A stretch of DNA of 64,000 bases from Carcharhinus longimanus (GCA_030264375.1 JASCQW010000160.1:33301051-33365050); one strand, 5' to 3'; shown: positions 10,770 to 24,182, numbered from the stretch's first letter. The notes: generated from the letters alone by a model not told the origin. Numbers and translations are program-made.

Positions 10770-11968
10770 ATACCCATTGTCAGAGTTAAACAGCTTGACT
10801 AATTTATTTTTATCTGGTCCTTACGTTAATATAAAGACCACTACTGCACCACTTTTCAAGCCTTTCTCCAGCAGAAAGTAAATTTAGTTGCTTCTGTCTT
10901 TCATCAGAACCCAATCCCCTGAATCATTCTGTCCATTTTGCGATGAAGCCTTTCTAATACATACAGATTTTTCAGATAGAGCGGCCAAGTCTACATCACT
11001 CACTCCAGAATCTGTCTTAATATTGGTTTAAGCAAAGTTTGTATAACTTGCTCTGATTTCTAATCCAGTGCTTTTGAGATGGATCCAAGCATCCAAAATT
11101 CCTTATTCGTAACTGCTTTGCTTTGAGTGCATACTTTCAAAGGATGATCAATGGTCGTTCAGTTTCTTTCCTTTTATTACCTCCACCAACGGAAATACTA
11201 AATAAGCCCCTTTCCTATTATGCACATGTTACCCGCTCCTGTAAGCACTACTCTACACTTATTCACATCTGCAGTGGATCAGCTCAAATGCAGAACTGGC
11301 CCAACATTCCTTTTCTATTAATTAACTGCCCAAAAATTTTTATATGATCTGTGAGGTTTAATAATCCCACTGCCGCTCAGGTCCCAAACATGATCTCTGT
11401 GGAACATCTCTTATTACTGCACTCGAGGATTTCCATTTATCCCTTTATATTAGATACTTCTGCCTTCTGTCCCTGAACCAATTCTTCATCTTTCTGGACA
11501 ATTTGTCATCTAGTTTTATATGAGACATTTTGATGAATGTCATTGGAAAATTGAAGTAACTTAATATATACCAGTTTCACATTCTGTGGTCTCTAGTGGT
11601 AAGTATTGCTTTACATTGGACTGATACGAAGCTCATTTATTTCAGTCTGAACTCAAATAATAAAACCCAATACCACTGGCAGGCTGTAATTTCCTCAAAT
11701 TTGAAACCACTCCAGTAAGTTGGACAAAGTCCTGCATACCGGTTGAGAAACATCGTTTAAATGATGATTTGAATAAAAGATGGCGTGGACTCCAATCCAC
11801 AAAGCAAAAGTGACTACACATTGGGATAACATTTGATTCCTCATCTATCAGTAGCATAGATAAACAACACTTTATTTGCACAGTTAGGAAAAGTATCTAA
11901 CATATTTATTAGTGTCACGAGTGAACCTTGATTATGTTCTCCAACTGGATGGGTTCAAGTCCACAGTA

Positions 11969-12320
11969 GGGGCGGCACAGTAGCACAGTGGTTAGTACTG
12001 CTACTTCACAGCTCCAGGGACCTGGGTTCGATTCCCGGCTTGGGTCACTGTCTGTGTGGAGTTTGCACATTCTCCTCGCGTCTGCAGGGGTTGCTCCTGT
12101 TTCCTCTTACAGTCCAAAGATGTGCGAGGTTAGGTTGATTGGTCATGTTAAAAACAAATTGTCCCTTGATGTCCTGGGATGAGTAGGTTAGAGGGTTAGT
12201 AGGTAAATATGTCGGGATATGGGGGTAGGGCCTGGGTGGGGTTGTGGTCGGTGCAGACTCAATGGGCTGAATGGCCTCTTTCTGTAGGGTCTCTATGATT
12301 TCTTTTTATGATTCTATGAC
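11969..12320 (+). mobile_element. HE1-like SINE, tail type A
   Basis: Full-length copy with ttctatga repeat tail. Confidence 0.86.
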
Positions 12321-12659
12321 CCTTTCTGCTTTGCTATCTAGTCCTGTGATTGGGTGATCCAGGGCAGAACCACCAAATCCTTTGTTCTCCAAACTCAATA
12401 ATGGTCACTGATTAAGGCTGAGATAGACAGACTTACTGTTCCATCAGGAAGTTGAGGGATATGGGGAATGGGGACGGATGTGTGGAGTTGAAGCAGACTA
12501 TTATCCCGTGATGGTATCCAGTTGCAGGTCAGGCTCAGTGGGCTGGCTGGTCCACTCCTGTCCTTCCCAATTCTTATGTTGACCCACTTACAAAATTTCC
12601 CAAAATTACAACAGGGAGGCAGATTCATAGTTTAATGAGATGAAATTAATAAATAATAA

Positions 12660-13100
12660 AATCATATAGAATCCCTACAGTGCAGAAGGAGGCCATTTAG
12701 CCCATCAGATCTGCACTGACTCTCTGATAGAGTATCTTACCCAGGCCCTCTCTCCAATTCTAACCCTGTAGAGGCAGCACAGTGGCACAGTGGTTAGCAC
12801 TGATGCCTCCCAGTGCTAGGGACCTGAGTTCGATTCCCAGCTTGGGTCAATGTCTGGGTGGAGTTTGCACATTTTCCCTGTGTCTGCGTGGGTTTCCTCC
12901 AGAGGAAAGACGGGCTAGTTAGCTACATTGACCCAAACAGGCACCGTCATGTGGCAACTAGGGGAATTTCACAGTAACTTCATTGCAGTGTTAATGTAAG
13001 CCTTACTTGTGACTGATAAACAAACATTAAGTTCTTAAATGTAACCCCACACATTTACTGTGGCCAATCCACCTAACCCGCACATTCGCGGACTGGACAA
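12660..13100. mobile_element. Type-A SINE fragment (-) with nested type-B SINE (+, ~12772-13030)
   Basis: Minus-strand A tail breaks at ...taaccctgta and resumes at gtaaccccacac after the insert. Confidence 0.75.
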
Positions 13101-13688
13101 TTTGTCCAGTTGGTTTAATAAGTGAGCAAAAAGACCAACATTTTGAGTAAAACCACCTTATTCAACTTGAAGAACCAGAACCTAATCCTGCTCCTGTGCA
13201 AAAGGTGAAAACACTCGAAGAGTAAGCCTTGTGACCAGCTCATGTGAAATAAGGGAGTGAGTGTGGGGAAGCTGGTGGCTGGAACAGCCACAGTGTGCAC
13301 ACTCATACAGAAAGTAAAGATGCTCCATCTCCAACAGGCTGATTAGAAATACGGTTCAAAAGGGAAACAGGACAAGTAGTTAAAATAAGGGACAACCCCT
13401 GGAAGTACAGGAGAGTTGACACCCGTTCTTGAAGCTGGCCAGCTTCAGGTTTTGCTCTGAGCAGTTTAATTTGGGCTGTTTCAGGACCTGAGCTACTTCC
13501 TGTTAGAGCTGGAACACCCCTGCTAACATACATCAATATTGATCGTAGCCATCAGTGGGCTCAGAAAGGCAACTAGTAAACAGAAATTTTGAAAAAAAGA
13601 TCATCCTTGGAGGTTATTTAAAAACAAAGTAATTATGAATGACTGAAGAGAAAGATCGATAATGTAACTCTTGTACCAGCACAGCCCA

Positions 13689-13969
13689 TCACCCTTCAGA
13701 CAGAGGGTGAGGCGGGTGTCCTGGATTCCTGATGCTGGCCACCATCTTGGCCAGCATGCGATTGCAAAGAGCTGCATAGGGATTCATGAGGACGACCTGG
13801 CTCTTGGCAAACCCATTGCCCAGATCTGCCGCCTGCTTGAAGTCCTGCAGAGCCTCCTGGTCGTGCCCGTGGAGTCGGTGGAGGAGCCCTCGCTGGACCA
13901 ATGCCAGGCTAGCCGTCCGTCCTGTCCCTCTGCTCAGCTCCACTGCCTTGTTCAGGTCACTCATCGCCC
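13689..13969 (-). CDS. TTC36: TTC36 exon 3, TGA stop (total CDS 573 nt, 190 aa)
   Basis: catttcag|GG GCG acceptor; AMSDLNKAVELS...VQRGLLHRL...DFKQAADLG...QVVLMNPYAALCNRML. Confidence 0.95.
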
Positions 13970-14493
13970 CTGAAATGATCAAGATTAGTGATTGATGAGC
14001 CAAGTGTCCCCTGATACATCAGTATTCAGAATGTCAACCATAATAGGAATCATTAGAACATGGAGCACCCAAAGGCATTAGGGTTTGGGCTTTGTCCTTC
14101 AAGCCTGCTCCACCATTCATCAAGATTCTTGTAGACCTTCTATCTCAATTCTACCTTTCCTCACATCCTTAATTCCTTCAATGACAAAAGTCGTGCAGAT
14201 TCTCAACAAAGAAGCATTAACTGACTAAAAAAATTTCTCTTTATCTCAGTCCTAAATGGCTAACCCCTTATTCTGACACGTGAACCTGTGTCTAGGTTCC
14301 CCAGCCAGGGGAATCTATCCTGTGAAGCCCCTTATATGACCTTCCTTAAGGAAGGAGACCAAAACTGCACACAAGCACTGCAACTGAACAGTACTTACAT
14401 TGAGGTCTCACCAATGCCTTGTACAATTATAGTACTTCTTTACTCTTATTGTCCAATTGTTTTGTAACAAGTGCTGACGTATCTTTTGCCCAC

Positions 14494-15288
14494 TGTGACG
14501 TTAGTGTACCTTTAAGAGATTTTTTTAAAATCACGATCTCTGCAGGTCTTGCAGTCAGTGTTTCTCAACTCACAGCCTTAGGTGATGGCAGTATAGCACC
14601 AGTTTGACTGGAGATATCTTTTTTGCTGTTTACACAGGGATTTGTTTATTTTTACTGGGACGTTTATGACTCTGCATTGTTAGGGAAAATCTGGTTGGTA
14701 GGTCAGGTGATAGGAGTTTTTCCATTTAGAGCCGCAGTTTGAGTTTTGGAAACAGCATCAATTTGAAAATAAGTCTCTCTCTCTCCTTGGTTTTGAAAAT
14801 TCTGCTGGTTAGGTGAAAGCAAGGTCTAGCCTTTCTGAAGGGGGGAAATCAGCTGTTGGTGAATTACCCAGAGTCCCTGGTGTTTTAGGAAGCTGTTCTG
14901 ATTTCAAACTGTTCTAAGTCTATCCAGAGAACGATAGACTTCATCCAAAGGTCGCAAGTCCAGTAACCCGTGAGTTGTGTTCAACCTGTAAAAAGGGCCC
15001 TTTGTCTATGGGATTGGTTTGATTGGAACACATAAGATATATTTGTTAAGGCTTATACATTACAAGTGGTTATTTTGTTTCTTGTCTGTAATTGACAAAT
15101 GTTCTTGCTAATTTTCTTATAAAAATTGTAATTATATTCTTAAATAGCTTTTAGCTCCCTAGTGGATCGTTTGAATCACACCTGAAGTGAAACCTATCAG
15201 GCTTATCCCAGCCAAATTCAAGAGGCAAACCTTATGATCCAGGCGGGCTCCATAAAACACCTCGGAATTTCTGACCTGAACCATAACA
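14494..15288 (+). mobile_element. Solo LTR-like element, copy 1
   Basis: TGTGACG...ATAACA termini; ccac/ccat near-TSD; similar to 39871-40545 and 49586-50458. Confidence 0.7.
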
Positions 15289-15648
15289 CCATCTAACTGC
15301 TGGAAGAATATCGCTGCTTCTTGGAGAAAATCATTCCCTGACTGGGAGCAAATGCAGCGTCCATCAGTGAAAGTGTAAAACCCAACCAAAGAGCCACCAG
15401 GGAAGCTGCATAACAGATTTGTACTCAATATATACTGCACCAGCAGGATAATAGAATGAGAAGTCACATTTGGGATTGGTTGCTAACAACAGCACAGGTT
15501 TATTGAATAGTTGTTTACTCTACAGAGGCTTAATTTAGACTAAGGCAAAAGCCCACAAAGCAGCTGATGATGTTAAAAACTAATGTTAAAGACTAAACTT
15601 CCAAGTCACAGTGCAACAACACACCAATCCCAAACATTATAATACATT

Positions 15649-15930
15649 GGGTGGCACAGTGGCAAGTGGTCAGCACTGCTACCTCATAGTGCCAGGGACC
15701 TGGGTTTGATTCCCGGCTTGGGTCACTGTCTGTGCAGAGTTTGCAAATTCTCCCCGTGTCTGCATGGGTTTCCTCCGGCTGTTCCAGTTTCCTCTCACAG
15801 TCTGAAAGACGTGCTGGTTAGATGCACTGACCTGAACAGGTGCCGGAGTGGTGTGACTAAGAGAATTTCACAGTAACTTAATTGCAGTGTTAATGTAAGC
15901 CTTGCATGTGACTAATAAATAAACCTTAAA
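15649..15930 (+). mobile_element. HE1/V-SINE-like, tail type B, nested at the Gypsy 3' LTR
   Basis: Head, core and tail match. Confidence 0.82.
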
Positions 15931-16559
15931 TATACTTTATAAAATCCCTTGCCCTTAACCCCTTTACTTCTAAGGTCACATAACAAACAACCATAGCATT
16001 TTTACATAGTCATCTAAACACACACACACATGCACACACACACACACAAAGACAGGTAATGCATTATTACACAGTACTAATAAAGTTGTCATAATCCCTA
16101 TTGACCACTGACTGTGATTGGAGATGATTTAACCTGAGGATCACCACACCCCAGGCGAGGGGCAAGGTTGAGAAAGCAGAGCCTTCATTAATAACCTCAG
16201 CTGGTCCGAGTGTTGAACTCGTTCTGTTGGCGTCTCTCTGCATCACTAACCAGCCCCCCCCACAGCCAGCTTAGCTCACCAAAAGTAAGAATAAAGTTAA
16301 TAGGAAAGATAATCAGTTGGGCGTCTATTCCGCACTGGTTACCCGCACACTTCAGGTTGTTCTTAGCCTTACAGGTATTCTCCGGTTCTTCAGGAGATGT
16401 TTCTACTCTGGAAGGCACAACAGTCTCTTTTGCAAAGGAAAGACTTGTAGCTGCAAAGGATTCTTCATCAATCCCAGTTTCTGCTGATTTATCCAGTCAC
16501 AATATTTGGTGAAATGGATGACAGTTTATCCAGAGGCAGTTACAACCAAAGAGACTTTT

Positions 16560-16905
16560 ATAGTGCAGGAGGAGGCCATTCAGCCCATTGAGTCTACACC
16601 AACATTCTGAAAGAGCATCTTACCCAGGCCCATTCCAATCCACCCCTCCGCCTTACCCCCATAAGCCCACACAGTTACTATGACTGATCCACTTAACCTA
16701 CACATCCTTGCACACTAAGGGCCAATCTAGCATGGCCAATCAACCTAACCCGCACATCTTTGGACTCTGGGAGGAAATCGGAGCACCCGGAGGAAACCCA
16801 CACAGGCATGGGGAGAACATTAAAACTCCACACAGTGACCCAAGGCCAGAATTGAACCCAAGACCTTGGTGCTGTGAGGCAACAGTGCTAACCACGGTGC
16901 CGCTC
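16560..16905 (-). mobile_element. HE1-like SINE, tail type A, nested in the Gypsy element
   Basis: Reverse-complement near full-length copy. Confidence 0.82.
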
Positions 16906-19900
16906 CTGACATACATGGTATTGGCACATTGATGCATGTGTTGACTCCACACTAACTCATCATCAGTCTATAGGAGATGGGGCCAGTTACAGGAACCCAC
17001 TTTTTGCTGATGGTATAGCTGCACGCCAAAACTTGCCATTCATGGAGGAGTGGTATGGTGCTGATTTTAAATGTTGGATATCACTCATCTTTAGATACTT
17101 ATCAAATTCTGGAGCTATGAATTGTGGTCCATTATCACTCACAACTTGTTCCGGTTTCCCAAATCTGGCGAAAATCCCATTGAGCTTTTTGACACTTTGT
17201 TCTGCAGTTGTTGACTTCATTCAGCCAATATCAGGCCATTTGGAGTGTGTATCTATGACAACCATGTACATGTGTCCTTGTGGGGACCTGCAAAATCTAT
17301 GTGCAGATGTTGCCAAGGTACTCTAGGCCACTCCTATGGATGTAACGAGGACAAGAGTGATGCATTCCTTNNNNNNNNNNNNNNNNNNNNNNNNNNNNNN
17401 NNNNNNNNNNNNNNNNNNNNNNNNNNNNNNNNNNNNNNNNNNNNNNNNNNNNNNNNNNNNNNNNNNNNNNTCACAATATCCACCCTGTACCGTTGTCAGC
17501 TGGAGTTTTCTGGAAATAAATTGCCTTAATTTGGGATGTATTTCCACTGTCCTCCCATTTAACACCAGGTGGGATTTTACCGCCTCGTTCAATCCGAGAC
17601 TGGAAAATCCCACCCAAGGTCAATGGACGTTTCCATGATCCATCCCTCACCCCTTCTGATTCCGTGGCAGGCAGGGCGTAGAATTCTGGCTACTATTTCC
17701 AGCACCTTCCCCATCATGGGGTCATTTTTAGTCTGTCTTTGAACATGAACTGCAGTCACTGGGATGCATTCTATCAGCGAAAAATAGAAGATATTGGAAA
17801 CACTGTTGGATGGTACATGACCAGCAGACAAAGTTAACTGTAACATTGCACCACCATTGGCTTGTCTTTCTGACTCACAGTACTTGACCTCGTAGGAATA
17901 TACCGATAATATTAAAGATCATCAATGAAGTCTGTTTGTGGCAAGCAATAAATTACCCTTATGTGGCCCTAGAGTTGTTAAGGGACAGTGATCCGTCAGC
18001 AATGTGAAGCCACAACCATAAAGATATTGGTGAAATTCCTGCATTCCAAAGATAACACTCAATCCCCCTTTTCCAGCTGGGTGTAATTTGATTCAGCACC
18101 TGTTAAGGTACACAATGCGAAAGCTATTGGTCTTTCTCGCCCTGATGGCAGTATGTGTGACACCAGCACTTCGACTCTGTGCGGCGAGACATCACGGGTA
18201 TGTTGCAGTTGGAACTTCAGGTTGAAATGTGCCAACACTTGTGACTGCTTCTTTAACTAACATATTCTTTTCTGCACTCTCGTGTCAATTGTCATGTCCG
18301 TCTTGTACATAAGTTATGCAACAGTTTAAGTAGGGTTACTAAGTTTGTAACAAATTTGTAATAATTAGTTAACCCTAAGAATGATCTGAACTGTGTTACA
18401 CTCGATGGTGAAGCCTCAATCTTTTTAGCTGCCTTGCGTAAGCCCTTGCTATTGATCACATGGCCTAAGTATTGTGCTGATGTTTGAAAGAAGTCACACC
18501 CATCTCTCCTGACATGAATACCATGAAGATGTTTCAATGTGGCTTCTGTGTTAGGCAAGCGCTCCTGTTCATTGGTATCAGAGGTTAGTATGTTGTCGTT
18601 AACATTGTACCCCCTGTAAATCGTGTACGATCTGGTCCTTGGACCATTGAAACAGTTAGTGCTGATGTTATCCCGAAATGTAATTTCTCATAGTGCAATA
18701 GACCTTTATGAGTGATGATGGTAAGCAGGTATTAAGATTCAGCTGCAACATTCATTTACAGGTAGGCCTGCGGTAAATCAATTTTGCTCAACTTCTATCC
18801 TCCTGCTGATCCAGCAAGCAAGAGTAATGAGTATTGGTCCGCTGGCCTGATGCCAGCTGGAATTGGCTGACATGCTGTTGATTCTGCTCCAACTTTATAA
18901 AGTATCAAAGTTTTTAGTTGGTAACTGCAACTCCGATTTTCTTTCTTTTCCTTCGTTCATAAAGAATGTACCCCGATTCTCGTCGCCAGTATTCTTTTTA
19001 TCCAGTTATATACTGCACTTGTCGGATAAAAGGACATGAAATAGTAGCACATGGGTTGGGTGCAAATAACAATGCAGATTTATTGAATAGCTGTTAACTC
19101 CACAAAGGCTTGATCTGGACTGAGGCAAAGCCCATGAAACAGCTACAAACTAGGCATGTGACCAGACTCTTAAAGTGACAGAGCAACAACATAACATCTC
19201 CAATTATATAAAAGTATAATCCACATATTTCCCTCCCTTTCTCTTTTGGTAGATAACATCTGCTGAGTTAAAGCTGTAGCCCTGAAGGTATCACCTTAAA
19301 GCTGGTGGACAAATTTAAGAAAGTTTGCACATTATGACTGGCCTTAAACATTCCTGGGCTAAGGAAGGGAAAGTCATCTCGGGTTCCCTCCTCCAAACTG
19401 TCAATGATTCCTGCTGCAATGTAAGTGTGAGTGTAAGGGAAGAATCAGCCTCGGTCATGGGGTGTCCTCGGTCTGCAGGTTTGGCTGTGATATTGTTCCC
19501 CTGTACGTTACTGTAATTACTCATTAAATGAACAGAAATTACCTGTCAGCATCCCTATTTGACAATGTGGATTTCTGTAACTTTGAGATGTAAGAATGGA
19601 GCAGATGGAACCATCACTCCATCCCTTCTAGATCCAATCATCATACCCATCACTCTTTGACTGGTCTGCCTGTAACTGCACCCATCTATAAGTTTCTCAT
19701 CAATACCCCTTTCACATTATTAGCTATCCATCACCAAAAGTGTCACCCCATACATTAATTATCACATCCATCCATAAATCCATCACTATATTTCTATCCA
19801 TCACTGTACTGTACTATTAACCATCCCCACCATCTCTCATATTTGTTGCCTATTTAAGCCATGTTATTCACTGACCCATCCAAAGAGCCACCTATCTGTC

Positions 19901-20044
19901 ACACAACACATCCATGCATTTTTCCCACTATCCCAACTGTTGCCTCAATCAGTAATTTCCCCACTCATCCATCATCCAATAAGACAAGCGCTGTACCCGA
20001 GTCAAAGCTATCAGAGGTAATTTGCTACTTTACTAATATGTTTC

Positions 20045-20282
20045 AGGCCACATTGTGGTTAGCACTGCTGCTTCACAGCGCCAGGTACCCAGGTTCAATT
20101 CTTGGCTTGGGTCGGTGTGCAGTGTTTGCACGTTCTCCCCGTGTCTGCGTGGGTTTCCTCCAGGTGCTCTGGTTTCAGGTGCACTGATCTGAACAGGCGC
20201 CGGAGTGTGGCGACTAGGAGGAATTTCACAGAAAATTCATTGCAGTGTAAATGTAAGCCTTGTGACTAATAAATAAAGTTTA
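20045..20282 (+). mobile_element. HE1/V-SINE-like, tail type B (internally deleted)
   Basis: Head, partial core, tail; ends ~50 nt from the TTC36 exon 2 donor. Confidence 0.8.
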
Positions 20283-20331
20283 TTTTCTCCTCTTGTACCT
20301 TACTGGTTACCGACCCTATCCTCCACCTTAC

Positions 20332-20520
20332 CTGTCGTGTCTCCTTTCAGTCGCAGAGTTTGTGCCCGGTTGTTGTAGCCAGATGCTCGTTCAGGAATGA
20401 TTGCTATGGCCTGAGTGAAAGTTTCCACAGCTGCATCCATTTTTCCAGACTCTGCAAGGGAAATTCCCTGAAGTTCCAAGTCTTTAGCCTTTTTCACTAG
20501 AACTGGATCAAACTTGCTAT
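20332..20520 (-). CDS. TTC36: TTC36 exon 2 (TPR repeats)
   Basis: atatttag|AT AGC acceptor, ACA G|gtaag donor; 189 nt; LELQGISLAESGKMDAAVETFTQAIAIIPERASGYNNRAQTLRLKGD. Confidence 0.95.
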
Positions 20521-20863
20521 CTAAATATAACAAATTGAGATGGGTTACACAGGCAGAGGTAATATAGCCAATGTTCCAAAATAGTCCCATTTNNNNNNNN
20601 NNNNNNNNNNNNNNNNNNNNNNNNNNNNNNNNNNNNNNNNNNNNNNNNNNNNNNNNNNNNNNNNNNNNNNNNNNNNNNNNNNNNNNNNNNNNNNNNNNNN
20701 NNNNNNNNNNNNNNNNNNNNNNNNNNNNNNNNNNNNNNNNNNNNNNNNNNNNNNNNNNNNNNNNNNNNNNNNNNNNNNNNNNNNNNNNNNNNNNNNNNNN
20801 NNNNNNNNNNNNNNNNNNNNNNNNNNNNNNNNNNNNNNNNNNNNNNNNNNNNNNNNNNNNNNN

Positions 20864-21130
20864 NCACAGTGATTAGCAGTACTGCCTCACAGCACCAGGG
20901 AGCCAGGTTCGATTCCAGGCTTGGGTCACTGCCTGTGCGGAGTTGGCATGTTCTCCCGTGTCTGTTTCCTCTGGGTGCTCTGGTTTCCTCCCACAGTCCA
21001 AAAGGTGTGCTGATTAAGTGCATTGGCCACACTAAATTCACCCTCGGTGTCCCAAAAGGCGCCAGATTGTAACTTCATTGCAATTAAATGTAAGCTTACT
21101 TGTGACAGTAATAAATAAATTTGAACTTTA
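20864..21130 (+). mobile_element. HE1/V-SINE-like, tail type B
   Basis: Head, core and tail after the N gap. Confidence 0.8.
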
Positions 21131-21239
21131 AAACTCCACTTCTCTTTCATCATTTAAGGGGTTCCTTAAAACCTAGTTATCTGATCTAGCTTTTGGTCTG
21201 CTACCTAATGCCTTAGTATCTGGTTTGGGTGTCAAATTT

Positions 21240-21542
21240 TGAATCATCAAATAGAATGCCCGAAGTGCAGAAGGAGGCCATTCAGCCCATCGAGCCTGCA
21301 TCAACAACAATCCCACCCAGGCCTTAGCCCCGTAACCCCACATATGTACCCTGCTAATTCTCCTGACACTAAGGGTCAATTTAGCATGGCCAATCAACCT
21401 AACCTGCACCTCTTTGGAGTGTGGGAGGAAACCAGAGCACCTGGAGGAAACCCACATAGACACAGGGAGAACGTGCAAACTGCACACACTCACCCTAGGC
21501 TGGAACTGAACACTAAGGAACACATTGTGCCACCATGCCCAC
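21240..21542 (-). mobile_element. HE1-like SINE, tail type A
   Basis: Reverse-complement copy. Confidence 0.82.
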
Positions 21543-22072
21543 ACAGATTCTCAGTGAACAGGCTTGGGTTATTTGACTACATTAATGATACAATACACTC
21601 TGGTTTCTCTTGATCCTATACTAAGTAGTTTTTGGGTGCTGACTTGCTGAGGTAGAGATCTCCTGGGCACAGAATTTTGCTGGGGTTCCCTGCATGCTGC
21701 AAATAACTGTGGTACAGGGTCACCAGATATTGTTTCTCACTGGGACATACATCCCCAAAGTGTTGACTCTTGCTAGGATGGAGGTTCCTTGGCTTTAATG
21801 GTCTGTGAGAAACGGGAGCCACAAACATTAACTCTCACTTGGCTATGAGCGCCCCTGGAGTTGGGCCTGACTATATTAATGTTCCACGGATAGACATCAA
21901 TTACTGCACTTAAGTGCAAAGTATGTACGATTCCAACAAGAGTCTCAAGCAAACAGAGAGCAAGTGTCAGTGCCAAACTTGATATTGTCCTCTTCCTAAC
22001 ACACAAACCTGATTTTGTGAAGGGCAACGTGAAGACTCTGAATGAAAATAATTAAATTGAACCGTCACATAC

Positions 22073-22175
22073 CATCATCAGTTAACTCCACCTCCGCTTC
22101 TAGCCCAAGGTTGCCAAAGGGATCGTTAGGACTGAAGATAGCCTGGAGCACAGCCTGGTCACTGAGGGAAGCCAT
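22073..22175 (-). CDS. TTC36: TTC36 exon 1 (coding part)
   Basis: ATG GCT...; MASLSDQAVLQAIFSPNDPFGNLGLEAEVELTDD then G|gtatgt donor; DQAVLQAIF.P..PFG is the TTC36 N-terminal signature; too short for the ORF track. Confidence 0.93.
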
Positions 22176-23074
22176 ATCCCAGGTTACAGTGAGAACTACT
22201 CACCGAGGTACAGCCTAGTTGAAATAGCTTCCTCGTCAGACCTGGTGCAGTGGACTTCAGACTGAACAGGCTGTCTCCACATTTAACTCCAACCAATGGG
22301 AGTGTGGGGCGGAGGCCAAGGCTCAGAGCACTGACCTGCATGCTCTGATAAACAGCAATGAAGTCAAACACAGAATATCTGGTAACACAAGCTTTGCAGA
22401 AACAAAGCATAAACTCTTGAGGCACCAACAAGCAGGAGACTGAAGCAGACATGGTTATGAGGTCCCACATTAGATCCCTGATGTCAATCCATTTCCTCAT
22501 TACATGACCACCCCTCCCCACCCACCAAAACAGCACTTTTGTGCACAAATCAAATGAAACCAGGACTATAAGTAGTCTAATATGCTAGCTGACACATGTT
22601 GGGCAAGTGAACTATGACCACTTGGAAAAGTATTGAAACACCCATCAAACTTTAACAAAAGACATCATAAGGATACAAGAGAAATCTTTTAGGGTAATAC
22701 AAGTTATATTTAAATCAAATTGACTTTATATTAACATTGGTCACATTTGTAAGTGATGTATAAGCCTCAGCTTCCTTTACCTGGTAGTATTCTCTGCCTT
22801 GACCCCAGAGTGGAGCCCAATCTAAGATGACACTCCAGTGTGGTACAGAGTGTTTCATTGTCAGAAATACTGTCTTTCAGATGTGACCTCGCCCAGTGTC
22901 CTGGCCAACATTTCTCCCTGACCCCACACCACCTAAAACAGTTTAACTTGTCATTAATCGCATCAGATTACGGAATTTTGCTGTGTGCTGGGATTTCCTA
23001 CATAATAAGTGATTACCTGAAAAAATAAAATTTGTGTAAACTATGTCCATTTCTCAGAGAGAATAGAGCCAACT

Positions 23075-23215
23075 GGGCCCGTGATAAAGGGCCATCCAGG
23101 CTCGAAACGTTGGCTCTATTCTCTTTCCACAGATGCCATCAGACCTGCTGAGACTTTCCAGCAATTTCTGTTTTTGTTTCCGATTCCAGCAGCTGCAGTA
23201 TTTTGCATTTATCCA
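23075..23215 (+). mobile_element. Penelope-like terminal fragment
   Basis: gataaaggg...cgaaacgttggc...cacagatgcc...gacctgctgag...ttccagca pattern; partial minus-strand copy near 48830-48870. Confidence 0.5.
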
Positions 23216-23869
23216 TTTGTCAGAGTTGGGACAATAAAGGTGTAACTTTTTAAAGCAGCAAATTATGAATTGAAATGCACTGCCTGAAAAGGCAATGGAA
23301 GCAGATTCAGTAGCAATTTCAAAAGGGAATTGAATATTTGAAGGTTAGAAAATTGCAGAACTCTGGCCAATGGAAAGGGTATTGGGACTAACTGAATACA
23401 GACAACAAATGCCATATGGACCGAGTGGGCCCTGTTTCATTCTGATTCTAGTGTAACTTAGATTTACTTCCCGACAAACCAATAGTGATCTTTATAAATG
23501 TGCAGTAATCATACTACAACCTGTCAGTATAATTACTAACATTCAGCTCCCGGTGTTCCCAAGTGACAAAGAACAGGTTCCCCAAAGAATGAAGTTTCAT
23601 CAGACTTTAGGGAATATATTACTGGTAAATGACAAATATCAGGAATATCACAGCAGGCTTCAGTAATCTTGAAGTTTAAAAGTCTGAAGATTGTAGAGAA
23701 GACTGAAGAACTTTGGATGTTTAAGTCCTTGGAAAGGCTGAGGAGAAACTTGAGAATTTCAGACAGCCAAGAAATAAATTAGCTTCTCTAATATTTTTCA
23801 CCACATATAGACCCTCTATTAAGTGTCCAACTGGCTGAACAAACCTTGGGAAGGGATATCTCGTCATAA

Positions 23870-24182
23870 TTTTATTCATTTCTGGGACATGGGCGTCGCC
23901 AGCATTTATTGCCCACCCCTGCTTGTCCGAGGGCAGTTGAGAATCAGTCACATTGTTGTGGGTCGAGGGTCACACATAGGCCAGACCAGGTAAGGATGGA
24001 GGATTTCCTTAAGTACATTAGTGGACTAGATGGGCTTTTTCTGACAATGGTTTCATATCCCAGATATTTTTATTGAATTCAAATCTCACCATCTGCCATG
24101 GCTGGATTCGAACCCAGGTCCCCAGAACATTAGCTGGGTTTCTGGATTAATACCATGCGATAATACCACTAGGCTATCACCT
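23870..24182 (-). mobile_element. Separate tRNA-headed SINE family with CR1-like tail
   Basis: Minus-strand head gcctagtggtattatc...ggggacctgggttcgaatcc; related copy at ~45080-45808. Confidence 0.6.

Larger units (their letters stand above)
15420..19230 (-). mobile_element. Decayed Ty3/Gypsy (Mag/K02A2.6-like) LTR retrotransposon in TTC36 intron 2
   Basis: Diverged LTR pair (~15420-15645 and ~18997-19230); PBS TGGCGACGAG at 18988-18979; RT/RNase H remnants (YLGHVI...FRSFLGLTNYYKFV); integrase remnant FARFGKPEQVVSDNGPQF...SAPYH; many stops and nested inserts. Confidence 0.85.

Noticed and set aside
13671-13995. Plus-strand ORFs opposite TTC36 exon 3
   Set aside because: Antisense shadows of a GC-rich coding exon; no independent signals
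21616-21828. 70-aa minus-strand ORF in TTC36 intron 1
   Set aside because: No recognisable similarity; the true exon 1 is at 22073-22175 and splices in phase to exon 2
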